The notes under the pieces are model-generated. The model searched no databases. It was given only the letters and a program-made list of their open reading frames with translations, and was not told the origin of the DNA. Positions 35,803 through 48,569 of a DNA stretch of 64,000 nt are shown here, one piece after another. Source of the DNA: Podarcis vaucheri (lineage: Eukaryota); assembly GCA_965113315.1 (NCBI GenBank), contig OZ220366.1. One strand, 5' to 3'. Position numbers and translations under genes: made by a program. Numbering within the stretch: the first letter of the stretch is position 1; each line of letters begins with the position of its first letter.

Positions 35803-37348
35803 GGATCTAACTTGATTTTTTTTTTAGAATGCCGAGGTCTGCTAACAAGAACCAAATACAAAATTGGCAAATATTGCATTATGGGAGTCGGAAAATATGG
35901 CACCGTTATTTGTGCAAATCTGCAGGTCATTTCTGGACTTCTTTAAAAGCAGTCAAACAAATCTTCAGTGCTGGCAAATTGTATGGGGTTTGTTTTGTGT
36001 AATGGAGACTTCTGAGCTTCTATGGAATATGCTGAAGACAAAAGCGTGCTGAAATTGGCTTGGGACATGCATCTGAATTGCAACCGGTGCCCTATTGGCT
36101 CCAGCCAAATAGCTCTGGTAGGAATTAAGCATTACGTCAACAGGAATCCCATGGGACAATCTGAATCGAACTGCCCGTCAGCAAACATCTAGTTTCATTA
36201 GCGGAATGTTTTGAATGAAGTTGCTGTTGCTTCGCTCTCAGAGGCTGTGGGGATTGCATCTTTAATGGATTATGTCTACTGTACAAATGTATGATTTAAA
36301 TATGTGAATGCCATTTGGTGGGAGCACACAATGAAGAACTTGAGATAGAAAAGCAAGCTATAAATAATACATTTTTAACATAAATAGAAAGCACTGGGTA
36401 GATCAGCGGTAATGCGCCCAAATACTTCCATTAAATAAAAGCAGCATACCAGATTAGGCTTTTGTGTATGTGTGTACGTTGAAGTGGATAATGTTAGCAG
36501 TCCTTGATTCACTATGTTTTTGTGCTGAAGTAAGGTAATTGTGGCAAGTAATCATTTCCAGTGGCCATGCAGGCAGCTTTTGTAAGCCGTATCCTGATCA
36601 TTTTTTGCTTTTCAGCCTATCCATGCATAACTTAATGCAGGTCAGTGGGCAAGTAAATTTTGTAGGCTGACTTGCAGTGTTGCATTTCTTTTTGTATTGT
36701 CTGCACTGGTTCTATGTTTTTCTGCTGCACTACTTTTCTGTCTAGTATGCTGTCGCTGCTGCTAATTTTATTTACTGTTTCGTTTTATATGTTGGCTACT
36801 CTTTAGGGTTGTTTTGGGTGCGGAAGTTGATGGGTACAAATGATTGCATAAATAAAACCCATGAGGTACACAGCAGCTGCGTTATCAAAAAAATGTGCTA
36901 GTGTTGAATAGCTTGCAAATTGCACCGGGGCGGGGGTGGGTGGGAAAGAAAAATTTAAAAGTAGAATGATGTGGGTTAAAAAAAAGAGTCCAGACCAGGA
37001 CAGAAGCAGCTGGTGGCAGACTACTGTGAGCCTAATGGTGACCTTCTCACCTGTAACCTCATTAAAGTCAGCCAGGAAAACACAGCTGGAAACCTTTTGG
37101 CCTTTGGGTCACAAGGCCCCGAAATTCTCACTGGGAGGCATTCCCTCTTTCACAGAAAATGTGGCAAACTCCTCATGGTTCTCCACTGAAGTAGTTGTAG
37201 AGGACTCAGAAATACTGGATAACTTGGTGTCATCAGCACCATGCTAAATCTCTTCTTCCTTCTGGCCGTAATTATCAGGAAGCTGCCTCAAATGTAACCT
37301 TGTTTTAGTTGACTGTATCCTTCAGCGTCTTGTTGCCCTGTTCCATAT

Positions 37349-37659
37349 AAAGGTAAAGGGACTCCTGATCAGTAGGTCCAGTTGTGACCGACTCTGGGGT
37401 TGCGACACTCATCTTGCTTTATTGGCCGAGGGAGCCGGCGTACAGCTTCTGGGTTATGTGGCCAGCATGACTAAGCTGCTTCTGAACCAGAGCAGCGCAC
37501 GGAAATGCCGTTTACCTTCCTGCCGGAGCAGTACCTATTTATCTGCTTGCACTTTGATGTGCAACTGGAGCTCACCCTGTCGCGGGGATTCGAACCGCGG
37601 ACCTTCTGATCAGCAAGTCCTAAGCTCTGTGGTTTAACCCACAGCACCACCAGCGTCCC
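37349..37659 (-). mobile_element. Sauria SINE (internal deletions)
   Basis: Reverse complement of head and tail; colinear with the 41370 and 60111 copies. Confidence 0.88.
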
Positions 37660-38211
37660 ACACTTTCAACAACACCGGACCATGCCTGTTCCCTGCCCCC
37701 ACCCCTATTCTCCCCCACCCCCAATGTCTGCTCCTTAATCTGTAGCCAAGGTTTGTTCTGTGGTTGCAGGCTGTGGATAAGGAGAGACCATAGGTATGAT
37801 CCTGAGTTCTTGCAACAGACTAAGCCAATCCTATGTTGTACAGACGTAAAAAACAACAACAACTAGGCACAGCAGTGTGGCTGTGATCATTGGGAGCCTG
37901 GGTATTCATGCTAAGCTGTGGTTTGGCCATTGAGTGCTTTTTTCTCAAGCGGGAAGTAGCTAACTACTCAAAATATATGTAGCCTGTCTGGCAATTGGCC
38001 TTCAAGGTGGCTTTGATAGTAAGAGGGGAAGATGAAGCCAGGTTCACTTATGACTGTTGGAAGTCATTCTTGGATCCATAGGTTCATAATCTACTGTGTT
38101 GTGTTTTTTTACAGAAGTAAGAATTAAGAGAGCATTATTTACTTATTAGGCTGACAGAAGAGCAGTTGAGGAAACTCCGCAAGCTTTTCCTTTGTTTGCT
38201 GAGTCTTAGTA

Positions 38212-38660
38212 GTAGTAATAATAATAATTATTTATTATTTATACCCCGCCCATCTGGCTGGGTTTCCCCAGCCACTCTGGGCGGCTTCCAACTGAATATT
38301 ATAAACACTACAGCATCAAACATTAAAAACTTCCCTAAAGAGGGCTGCCTTCAGATGACTTTTAAAAGTAAAATAGTTGTTTATTGCTTTGACATCTGCT
38401 GGGAGGGCGTTCCACAGGGCAGGCGCCACTACCGAGAAGACCCTCTGCCTGGTTCCCTGTAACCTTACTTCTCGCAATGAGGGAACCGCCAGAAGGCCCT
38501 CGGTGCTGGATCTGTGTCTGGGCTGAACGATGGGGGTGGAGACGCTCCTTCAGGTATACTGGACCGAGGCCGTTTAGGGCTTTCAAGGTCAGCACCAACA
38601 CTTTGAATTGTGCTCGGAAACGTACTGGGAGCCAATGCAGATCTCTCAGAACCGGTGTTG
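38212..38660 (-). mobile_element. L2 LINE 3' end, same family as 35456-35802
   Basis: TPVLRDLHWLPVRFRAQFKVLVLTLKALNGLGPVYLKERL and a (TAA)n tail. Confidence 0.9.
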
Positions 38661-38661
38661 C

Positions 38662-38820
38662 CCTCATTTAACAGGGTGGGACAGAAAGTTTGTAAGTTCT
38701 TTCTGCATTGGAAGAAACACAGGAAAATCACCAATGTTTGCATGGAATATTAAAGTTATATTAGACCTATTGGTCCCACAGAGCAAGTGGTACATATCTG
38801 TCCCACCCTGTTAAATGAGG
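38662..38820. repeat. 24-bp perfect inverted repeat flanking a 115-bp local duplication of 39630-39744
   Basis: cctcatttaacagggtgggacaga (38662-38685) / tctgtcccaccctgttaaatgagg (38797-38820). The interior differs from 39630-39744 at 3 positions. Confidence 0.92.
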
Positions 38821-39377
38821 TTTAATTTAGTGGAAGCAAAATGAACAAATGGCCCCCTCTTCTTCTGTAAAGTGGACTGAATGTGTTTGGTCTTCCCTCA
38901 AGGGTCTTCCAGGCCCTGTTCTATGCCCATGTCTAATGCTTTTGCCTGGATAGAATGCATGATTGAATTGTGATACTGTCTCTTGCTTGCCTGAGTGGAA
39001 GATGAGGGGAGGGATGACCACCTGACTTTTCTGTGGCTGGAACGGAGCCTATTGTACAAAGGCAAGGGCCTCACCTGTTGCTCTGCCCACTTCCTTGCCA
39101 CTGGTTCCACCCACTTCCTGCCTCTCATCCTCCTTACCTTCTCACCATGCAGCCAACAGAAGGGCATCTGATCTTCAAATGAAAAGTGGTATATAAATTT
39201 AATAAATAATATATCAACAGCAGCAGCAATAAGATTGTGCACAAGGTAATATGTATCTTGGAATGAAGGAGTATCCTCACCTCTGCTCTGCAGGCTAAGT
39301 AAGCTCTTATTCCATCTCTTGCACATACAATATGAAGCAGCAATGAGAGGGAGAGGGGGGGGGGAAAGAGGGAAATA

Positions 39378-39546
39378 CCGTATTTTTTGCACCATAACAC
39401 TCACTTTTTTCCTCCTAAAAAGTAAGGGGAAATGTCTGTGCGTGTTATGGAGGGAATGCCTACGGGTGGCATGCCTACGGATTTTCCTCCTCTAAAAACT
39501 ACGTGCGTGTTATGGTCGGGTGCGTGTTATAGAGCGAAAAATACGG
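39378..39546. mobile_element. Tc1/mariner (pogo-type) MITE, CCGTATTTTT TIR
   Basis: TA-ccgtattttttgcaccataacac...gtgttatagagcgaaaaatacgg-TA. Confidence 0.85.
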
Positions 39547-40375
39547 TAAGTACCGTAAATGAAAGTCAGCCATGAAGTGTTGGAATAGTCTGAAAGGATG
39601 TGGCTGGGTTGGCAGAGAAAGGCCAAAGGGAAAGTTTGTAAGTTCTTTCTGCATTGGAAGAAACGCAGGGAAATCACCAATGTTTGCATGGAATATTAAA
39701 GTTCTATTAGACCTATTGGTCCCACAGAGCAAGTGGTACATATCGATTACTTGCTTTGTAAGTTATAGAAACCTGTCAGGGTGTTTCACATGACACAGTC
39801 ATTTTATATTTTTCTTAGTTGGGGAGCATTCTAGTTTTATGGGGTACTTCCTAAATTTGCAGTACAGTACTTGAATTGGGTATGGTTTAGCTTTCGTTTA
39901 ATTCATTAAATTACACCTTGAATGCAAAAGTGACTGTGTATTGTGTTGTGTCTTTCACCATATATTTATAATCTAAACTCATACTTACCTTCCTCTTCTG
40001 AAATGACTCTCATTAAAATATCTGTAACTAAAAGCAAATGCAACCCTAACTTGTCACTTGTGTGGTTGCATCCTTTTTTTGGGGAGTGGTGTTTACTGTG
40101 CTACATTTGGTACAACATAAATAGTTGTACATACAATAGTATATAGTGTTATACCTAGGTATTTTTTTTAAAGATCAAACTGGACCAAATGTACTTATCA
40201 GCAGTATGTAAGGGGTTCTTCCCAAAGTTTAAATAGATCCATTTTTCAACTAGATATGCTGGTAGGAAGAATACATGCTGGTTTGAGCAACTAATAAGTA
40301 TTACCTAAATTAAAGTTGATCATTCAGTTTTTACCACTTTACCCAAGGTGGTGGTTGATGCAATTGTTGACGTGG

Positions 40376-40377
<2 letters not shown>

Positions 40378-40413
<36 letters not shown>
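40378..40413. repeat. (CA)n microsatellite
   Basis: Direct observation. Confidence 0.9.
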
Positions 40414-40415
<2 letters not shown>

Positions 40416-40715
40416 TGTGGGTGAGGGAGCAGGGATAAGAAGTATTGCCTACACATAATATGTAAAGAACAAACCTTAACTGTGTGGATAAATGGTTGGA
40501 GCAGTAATCCCTTGTGCTTTTGGGGAAAAATTTCCACAGTCTGCTTTAGTAAGCCAGGGACCTTGCTGTTATCTTCATACTGCTTTTCCAGGCAATCATT
40601 TATTTGGCTGGTAGTGGGAGGTAGGCAAAACTGCTTTTACTTATCTTGTGATTTTGAGAAAACATTTCTTGCTTATGCATATGTAACGTAAAGCTTAGCA
40701 ATGCTTTTCCTTTTC

Positions 40716-40853
40716 ATGTTGTCGGCGGCATCCGTCTTGTCTCAAGATACAATGGAGTACGCCTGTGAGGGTGAAGTCAAACCACTGCGTTAGTGACCTC
40801 CCGGGGCGCAAGCGTGGGCGGTGTGTATAAAGGCCCTAGGCTGCCTAGATGAC
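40716..40853 (-). mobile_element. RTE-related element 3' fragment
   Basis: Reverse complement of the 3' part of 62210-62585 (ggcatccgtcttgtctcaagatacaatggag...gacctccccgggg). Confidence 0.65.
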
Positions 40854-41369
40854 ATAGTATCTAGTGTTCAGTGTGTATTTGTGTGTGTGAGAGAGAAGGA
40901 AGAGTGTCATATTACCATCTCTAAAACAGGTAAATGTTCCCTAGGAAATCATCTACATGTATAGGTCTTTGACATGCAGAGCAATAACTGTTGATTTGAG
41001 GCACCTTCTCTACCTTTAGGGTTTATTCCTGCTTTCTCACTGTGGCACAATTCAATTTGTAGCCTGAATTGTTAGGTCGATAAATGGTGGTTTTGGTACC
41101 ATGTGTGATGGTAATTGCTTTATGACAGGGGTCTTATGAGTGGATGCAAAAGCTGTATACCTTGTCCCGCAATCTAAGTGCTTTCTGTAGTCCTCATCTT
41201 CTGTTCTGCCAGGAGTGGCTTGGCAGGATGCATGAACTTGTAGCTCCTCAACATTTTGGAGGCTCAGCTTCCAGTACGGTCGCCACTCACATGTGTTGGG
41301 TTCCTGACTCTTCTCTTCAAAGCAGAATAAATTGTGTCTTCTTTTGCAAGGGAGTACATTACCCGTGCA

Positions 41370-41716
41370 GGACACGGGTGGTGCTGTGGGTTAAACCACA
41401 GAGCCTAGGACTTACAGATCAGAAGGTCCGTGGTTCGAATCCCCGCGACGGAGTGATCTCCCGTTGCTCAGTCCCTGCTCCTGCCAACCTAGCAGTTCGA
41501 AAGCACGTCAAAGTGCAAGTAGATAAATAGGTACCACTCCAGCGGGAAGGTAAACGGTGTTTCCGTGCGCTGCTCTGATTCACCAGAAGCGGCTTAGTCA
41601 TGCTGGACATGACCCGGAAGCTGTACGCCGGCTCCCTTGGCCAATAAAGCGAGATGAGTGCCTCAACCCCAGAGTCTGCCACGACTGGACCTAATGGTCA
41701 GGGGTTCCTTTACCTT
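41370..41716 (+). mobile_element. Sauria SINE (young subtype), full length
   Basis: Intact A/B boxes; perfect 12-bp TSD tacattacccgt at 41355-41366 and 41717-41728. Confidence 0.93.
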
Positions 41717-44700
41717 TACATTACCCGTAACCATTTCCCTGTATGCACACTGAATAGCAAAGCATCATATGCAAAGTGTGTACACATATTTACAAGTGTG
41801 TCATTTATTAGCTTGACTGACGTGCATTTCCTGTGCTCTGCTAGGTTTTTTTTAATGCACCTTCTGATTTTTGTCCTTTTAAGAGATTTGCATGCCCTTG
41901 TGCAATGTTTCATACTGAGAGCTTGCATTGCCTGCCTTTGGTAGGAAATGAGTGGGTGTGTAAAGCTGGAGGAAGTGGAAGGCAGCCATATGACTGTAGC
42001 GTACTGGTTTTTACTCTCTGGTTAACCAGGTGAAAGAAAGTTAGTCATCTGCTCAAAAGTTTCTTCACTCGCTTTAGGATATGATTCAGTCAGGAACACA
42101 TGCCTAGTTTGAAACTGCAGAGTGGAACGGAAAGAAGAATGAATGATCTCACGTGGGGATTCATAACTAAATCTTACATGAAATTGTGTTTTGATCCGGA
42201 TCTTGTCATTTTTGCCAAGCATGGAGACTGTCCATAACCTTGTTGGTGTCTCTGAATGGCATTGAACGAAACCCAGTTAGCTGAACTGGAGTCTTCAGGA
42301 GTAGATTTTCATTATTTTGTGTCTGCTTTTATTTTTAAAACCCCTGTCCTTGGGAGGTGACAGTTGTTTAAGGATTGAAAAACTGCTTGCTAAGCATGTG
42401 TGTATATATGTGTGTATTTTGAGGTATTAGGAGGTACTTAAAGGAGTTTTTGTAAGGCACCATCTGGTCACTGATTAATTTTGTTAATATTGGAGACTGC
42501 AAGTCTGAACAGCTTGTGTGTACGTATGTGTGTGTGTGTTGTTCTGAGCTTTGTTTTGTATGTTGATATTGGTTCCTAGATGTCTCAAAATTCCCTATCT
42601 GTGAAAGTCAAGTAAAATAAGTCACTTTGCTTCCCCCCCCCCAAACCTTGGGGTGATCTTCTGATGTAGAGAGAATGGGTGTTACAAGAGAAACAAAATT
42701 TATGAATGTGGAATCTCTTGCTCTCCTTGCCTATCAAACTACTGCCCTGCTTTAAGCTGCTGTCATATTGTAACCAGGACTGTTCTAGCATTTTGATGGT
42801 GGTGCTCAGGGAGGTAACTACCCAAGTATTTACACATGGGGTCTGTGAGTTTTGGGGAGAATTCTTTCAGTTACAAAACACATTTTGAGTGCTTTCACTG
42901 AAAGGGCAAGTTGAAAAGTTGGTTATTCTTTGCTGAAATTAACAGCTCACTTCTGAGATTGCTTCGGAAGTCATGGGGATAATTGAAGATTTACTTGCAC
43001 TGGCAATATGTTTTGTTGTAGCAGTGCTGTGCCAAAACCTGTCCTCCAAATTTCTCAGTTTTTCTGCCTCATTTTAAGTAATCTCTGACGGCAGAGAGTA
43101 CCTAAAGGTATTTTAAAAATAAAATAAAATATTAAAGTATTTGACAAATCTACAGACGGCTTGAATGGCTTAACTAGTCAGTTTTTTTAAGCCTGAAGGA
43201 ATCTTATGTATTTGCTCTCTCTCTGGTATTGAAACTTAATCCATCTTTTTGTAAGGGTGCTTATTGCGCCTTCCAGAAACATTATACTTGAATCACATGT
43301 GGCTAAAAATAATGAACTTCAAAGTAATATGAAAAGCGACAATTTCAGGTGCAACCAGGCAATACTAGCCTTAAATGCAGAAGTGCCCAGAGGTAGCCTT
43401 GCAGAATTAAGAAAAGGGAGTTCATTTATATTGCTAGGCTTAAGGGTGTGTGTGTGTGTGTCTACACAGCTTTGCATGTGTACTAGAAACATAATAAGCA
43501 TTTTTGGCTATTCTCATTTCATGACCTACCTTTTTGGAGTGTGTAATTTTTTAATTTTTTAGCAGAAATGTAATGTGTGTGAACATTTGGGATTATGCTG
43601 GGCCTCCTCTGTTGTTGTTCTCCTGGAAACTGTTTTTATGTTCCTGATGACTTCAGAATGGTTGGGTTTCCCTCTGTCTTGTTTGTGTTAGGCAAGCACC
43701 TGTGAGAAGTGACATAGTGGTGGGAGTTTATAGATAATTGCTGCTGAGCTGTGGCTTAAAAAGACTTTCTGCCTCCCAGGCATTGTTTATATGAGCTTGT
43801 ATTTTGGGGGAGTCCTGTGCTGTTGAACAGATGCCTGGTTTTTTGCTTTTTTTTGCCTCTCTCACTGTTGTCCTCTCCACTGGGCAGAATTCTGTTGTTA
43901 TCAAAACATTGACAGTCAAGGTCATGGGGAAAATATAAGCAATGCCTGGTTATAGCTTCTCACAGGCAGTACTGATATCAGTGGAATTATTCCCTCCCCA
44001 CAAATATTCACAATCCTCTTTTCTGGTTGTTTTCTTTTGGTGGTGGTGGTGGGAATTAAACTTTCTACAATTGTTCACTGTTCCTTTTAGTTATTCAGTG
44101 AACATTTCTTTTTTGGTTATGTTGATAATGAGAGTTAACTCCTCAGTAGAGAGGGGAAATGTTCAGAAATTTTGAAAACAATTTGGCTACGGAAGTGGGG
44201 TTATTTTTAAAAGCTGCTCTTTTTTTGAGGAAAACGAAAAGGACAATATGTGGAATACTTGGATTTCTAGGGACACCTAAACTTTTTATACTTTGTTGAG
44301 AATGTGAAATGCAATGTGAGATTGTACTTTTTGATAAATTTACAAAATGTAAGCATACAACATTTGAATAAATATTAACAGTTGAAAATAAACCAGCTAT
44401 TAAGAGATGGAGGTAGGTGGTTGCTGGGGACAATAAGTTTCCATTTTGCAAATTTAATTACAGTTCTTATCAACAGAGTTGTAAAGAAAAGGGAGGTTTT
44501 GTTATTTGGGCAGTGGCTCAGTTCAGACATATCATGCTCTTAATCACCAGCTCTATGCTTTTGTGGTTGCTAAAAAAAGATAATAGAGATGGCACCTGTC
44601 TGATATGAAATATGAGGGAGTTCTAAATGGTAAATATTCACGAATAGCACAGCATCTTCAAGTGAGATTGGTTAAAAATGAGGCATAGCCGCTTTACTTT

Positions 44701-46903
44701 GAAAGATGCCTATCGTACAGTCACTGCATTCTCACTGGCAACATTGAACCTTAGCGTGGCTCTTATCTGCTAATATACCCATCCAAGGCTGTGTATAAGA
44801 ACATTGTAATTCATAAACCATCCATTCTCACTAAGTGTTCAGAGCTAGTGCTCTCCTGGAGGACCAGATGTCAGGAGAGGGAGCAATAGGGGGGGTGGCT
44901 TTCCCCAGAGCCTTGCTTGTGAGTTCCCAGAGGAATCTGTCTGAATCTTGTTGGAAGTAGAGTCCTGGGCAAGAAGGGTCTTAGTCTTATCCAGCAAGGC
45001 AACTCTTGGCATTATTTTTAACCCGGGGAAGAGATTAGAACATTTCTGCCAACTGTTGCAAGTTCTAGATATTGGCGTTGGCAGCGACTGCAGCATTGCT
45101 TCAGCTAGCTGGCTGCGTCTGGGAAATAACATTTTCCACATCCCTTATCAAGAGTGTTATGTGTAGTCATTTGGTCTGTGTGAAATGCATAACTGGTTTT
45201 GATTACCTCTTGGAATGTATGGGAATGGAGCTTGTATGCCTTTCCACCTCCTGCTAGTAGCACTTCTCCAGTGGTTACAAATAAATGGGATTGTTTTTTG
45301 TACAACGGGGGCCCAGAGGTTGGGAAGTGAGTGTGACTCCCACGTTTATCTCTGCTCCTCTTTCCCCATAATCCGGTTACAATCCTTTTACTTAACAGTG
45401 ATGCCTTCCATTGCTTTGGTTGTCTTGATAACAACTGTGATTAATTGGGGAGTTGCCTTGGAAAAGCCGCCTGGGTAAGTCAGGGGTGTGCCATGATCCA
45501 TGTGGGAATGATGATGAATGGGTCTTTGTTTCACCTTTCTCCTGGGACATGCAACAATAGCTTCAAGGAAGGGAAGACTCTCTCATGTCATGCAATGTGT
45601 TGCGTTTTGCTATCCTGCATTTTTGTCCCAGGAGTTCCTCTAGCTGAGTGCAAATTTATTCACATATAGGCTGTAGTGGGAGCTACAACTGCTGTCCAAT
45701 ACATTTTGCCGCCTAAGGCAGAGCAGCCAACACCACTCCCTACTCTCAAGTCAAAGTGCATAGTGTGTAAGGCTGGTCCAATTACTTTGGCACCTGAATC
45801 AGGCATGTTCCCCCTCTCCCTGGCAGTGTAAAATGCAACAGCAATAATTAAACCACAGCTTGCTGGGAAAAAAGAAAAGAAAAAACCCACTCTGCCTGAT
45901 TAGTGTGGTAGGCCCTGGAAGTTCCCAGTGGTGTTTTGCAATGTGTTATCCAAGCCACTGTGAATGTCTCTCAACCTGGGTAATTTCAGTTCATGGCAAG
46001 GGCCACCAATGGCACACTTCCACAAAGCATCTTCATCGTGTGCATAGCCACAGGTAAGCAGTTTCAGGTGTGAGGATTTCTACCAGAAGTGTGAAATGCT
46101 TGCCTGGAATTGACTCAGAATAGTCAATGTTCCTGAGATTTAGTTCTGCACTTCAGTGAATGCTTATCTCTTTGCAAATAAAACTTGCAGATGTAACTGT
46201 GAGGGTTTCCATGTTCAGTAGCAGAAATGCACTGACTTGTTTTGAATTGGGTTTTTTGTTTGTTTGTTCAAAAGCAACTGTTAATCTTAACAGATCCAAT
46301 AACCACTCATGTCAGTTTTTTGTTTCGGCAAGCAGATTGTAAAGGAGCTTGATTGTTAACAATTTGGAGTATATATTATTGTGCTTTACTTTTTGTGTCT
46401 GAGACAGTTGGCAATCTTCTCTTCAATCACAGAGGTGAAAGTAACCGGGAAGCCATAAGGAAGGTATTGAAGTTCAGTCGCATCCCTTTCCTTTCCAGTA
46501 GAAAAAAAAATCAGGGAGTAGCGTGACCAAGAAGACCCTTTGCTAGGCAGAATAAATAATATTCTGGGATTGACTGGCAAATCGGCATAAGTCAAATGTT
46601 ATTTTTAAAAGAATCCTCTCCAAACTTTGTACAGTACATTAATCTGATATAGAAATATTTGCTAAATTGGGGGTGGAGGCAATAAGCACCAGTAAGATTG
46701 AAAAAAGTTTTTCCCATTTTACTTATACAAAATTTGGTTTGTATGCTGCTTTTACACACACACACACACACACACACTGAAGCAGCTTGCAAAAAAAGAA
46801 AACAAAAATGCATTAAAAAATCAAACAGTGAAAAAAGTAATATAATAAAACAGCAACACAATAGCAAGCATAAAAACATACAAAAAAGAGAAGCATTTCA
46901 GTA

Positions 46904-47102
46904 CAGTGGTACCTCGGGTTACAGACTCTGCTAACCCAGAAATAGTACCTCGGGTTAAGAACTTTGCTTCAGGATAAGAACAGAAATCGTGCGGCGGCAG
47001 TGGGAGGCCCCATTAGCTAAAGTGGTGCTTCAAGTTAAGAACAATTTCAGGTTAAGAACGGACCTCCAGAACGAATTAAGTTCTTAACCCGAGGTACTAC
47101 TG
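46904..47102. mobile_element. Tc1/mariner MITE, same family as 28545 in opposite orientation
   Basis: TA-cagtggtacctcgggtt...aacccgaggtactactg-TA. Confidence 0.9.
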
Positions 47103-48569
47103 TACTGTAAATGTAACAAGATTACTGTACAATATCCCAACAGCAAAAATAACAAGGGAGCTTGACAGTTTCACCTCTGTCCTAGGAACACCTCTCCCAT
47201 GATGTTGCTTGCTCACAGTCCCTCTCTCTTGCAGCTTCCCAGGAGGCTTCCAAAAAGCAGGGGTGGCTGGGAATACCCCTCCCAAAATGTAATAGGCCTA
47301 TTTTCGTTGTGCCTGCAGTATCTCTAGTGGAAAGATTTGGGTAATGTCAAAAGATATGCAGTGCTTAGAAGCTGGGCAGTTTTCCAGACCATTTGCCAAA
47401 GTGCTTATAGTCAGCATTTTAACAAAGGTGAAACAATAAGAAACATTAAACTTCAGCATCACTCAGGACATTTTAATACTTTTCAGAAAATGAAAGATGC
47501 TTATTGTGCTGTTTCATATCACTCATTTACACTTTTTTATATCTTCAGTGAAGGTAATTGTGTAGAGGAAGATAGCGGTGGGGAGGGAAACCTAGAGGTA
47601 ATTGTTGATTAGGTGAATAATTATTTGGACAATTTGGATTTCAAAAGATACTGTTTTAAGCTAGTTAAAAAGTGTGTATTCAGTTCGGTGCTGGTTCATG
47701 AATAATCATCTCTTATGCAAATGTTTTAGCTAGAAGGGATTGGCATCTTATCGCACATTGATTAGCTGTTGTTGTTGTTGTTTTTTTATTAAAACAAATG
47801 GCTTTTCATTATTAAAAATGCCCAAGGTGGTGAAAACTTATTAGAGAAAGCGTGTGAAGGAAAATAGGATTGGTCATAGCAGTTAGCCATGTCTTTACCT
47901 GACACCACAAACTGTAGTAGAGCCTTCACCAACCCAGTATATATAGCCCAAAATATTTGGAGGGCAAATCCTGTTCACATTGACCATCAGCCATGCTGGA
48001 CTGTTGGGAATCGCAATCAAAAACACCGTCGGGTCACTGTGCTGGGAAAGGCTTCTGTAAAGGGATGCTTGGCATAGCCAGAAGATTTCTAACCACAAAT
48101 CCAGTCTAGTAGGTGTGACTAGAGCAGGGCACCTTCAGTTTGGTTTCCTGGAGCAGGAAGGAAGTTGAGAGAAGATTCTTCATAAGTTAAGTTGGGCCCA
48201 AGGAGGTTGAAAGTGGAACCGGCCCAATGGACCAGATCATTGGCTTCCCCACCTTCAATGGGCCACATTTGACAGGTGGTCTGGACTGCCTGTCGTGTCA
48301 ACCATTTGATATCACAGTGACTCTTTCCTGCCTGAACAGTTTAAAATCAAGCCATATGGGCAAATGAACAGCCCAACGGCCAGCTGATGGGGCTTTAGGT
48401 AGCATTTTTTCTCAGGGTTTTGTTTTGCAGCTTGCAAACCCCCTTTTGGTTTTAGTCAGGTCTTTGCTTGTGCCACAGGCTGGTGTCATGCTGGAAGTTT
48501 GAGTGCAACTCAGCTTGCAGAAGAGGGGTCTTGCATGGCTTCAGACTGATAAGAGTTTGGGACAGCCAG

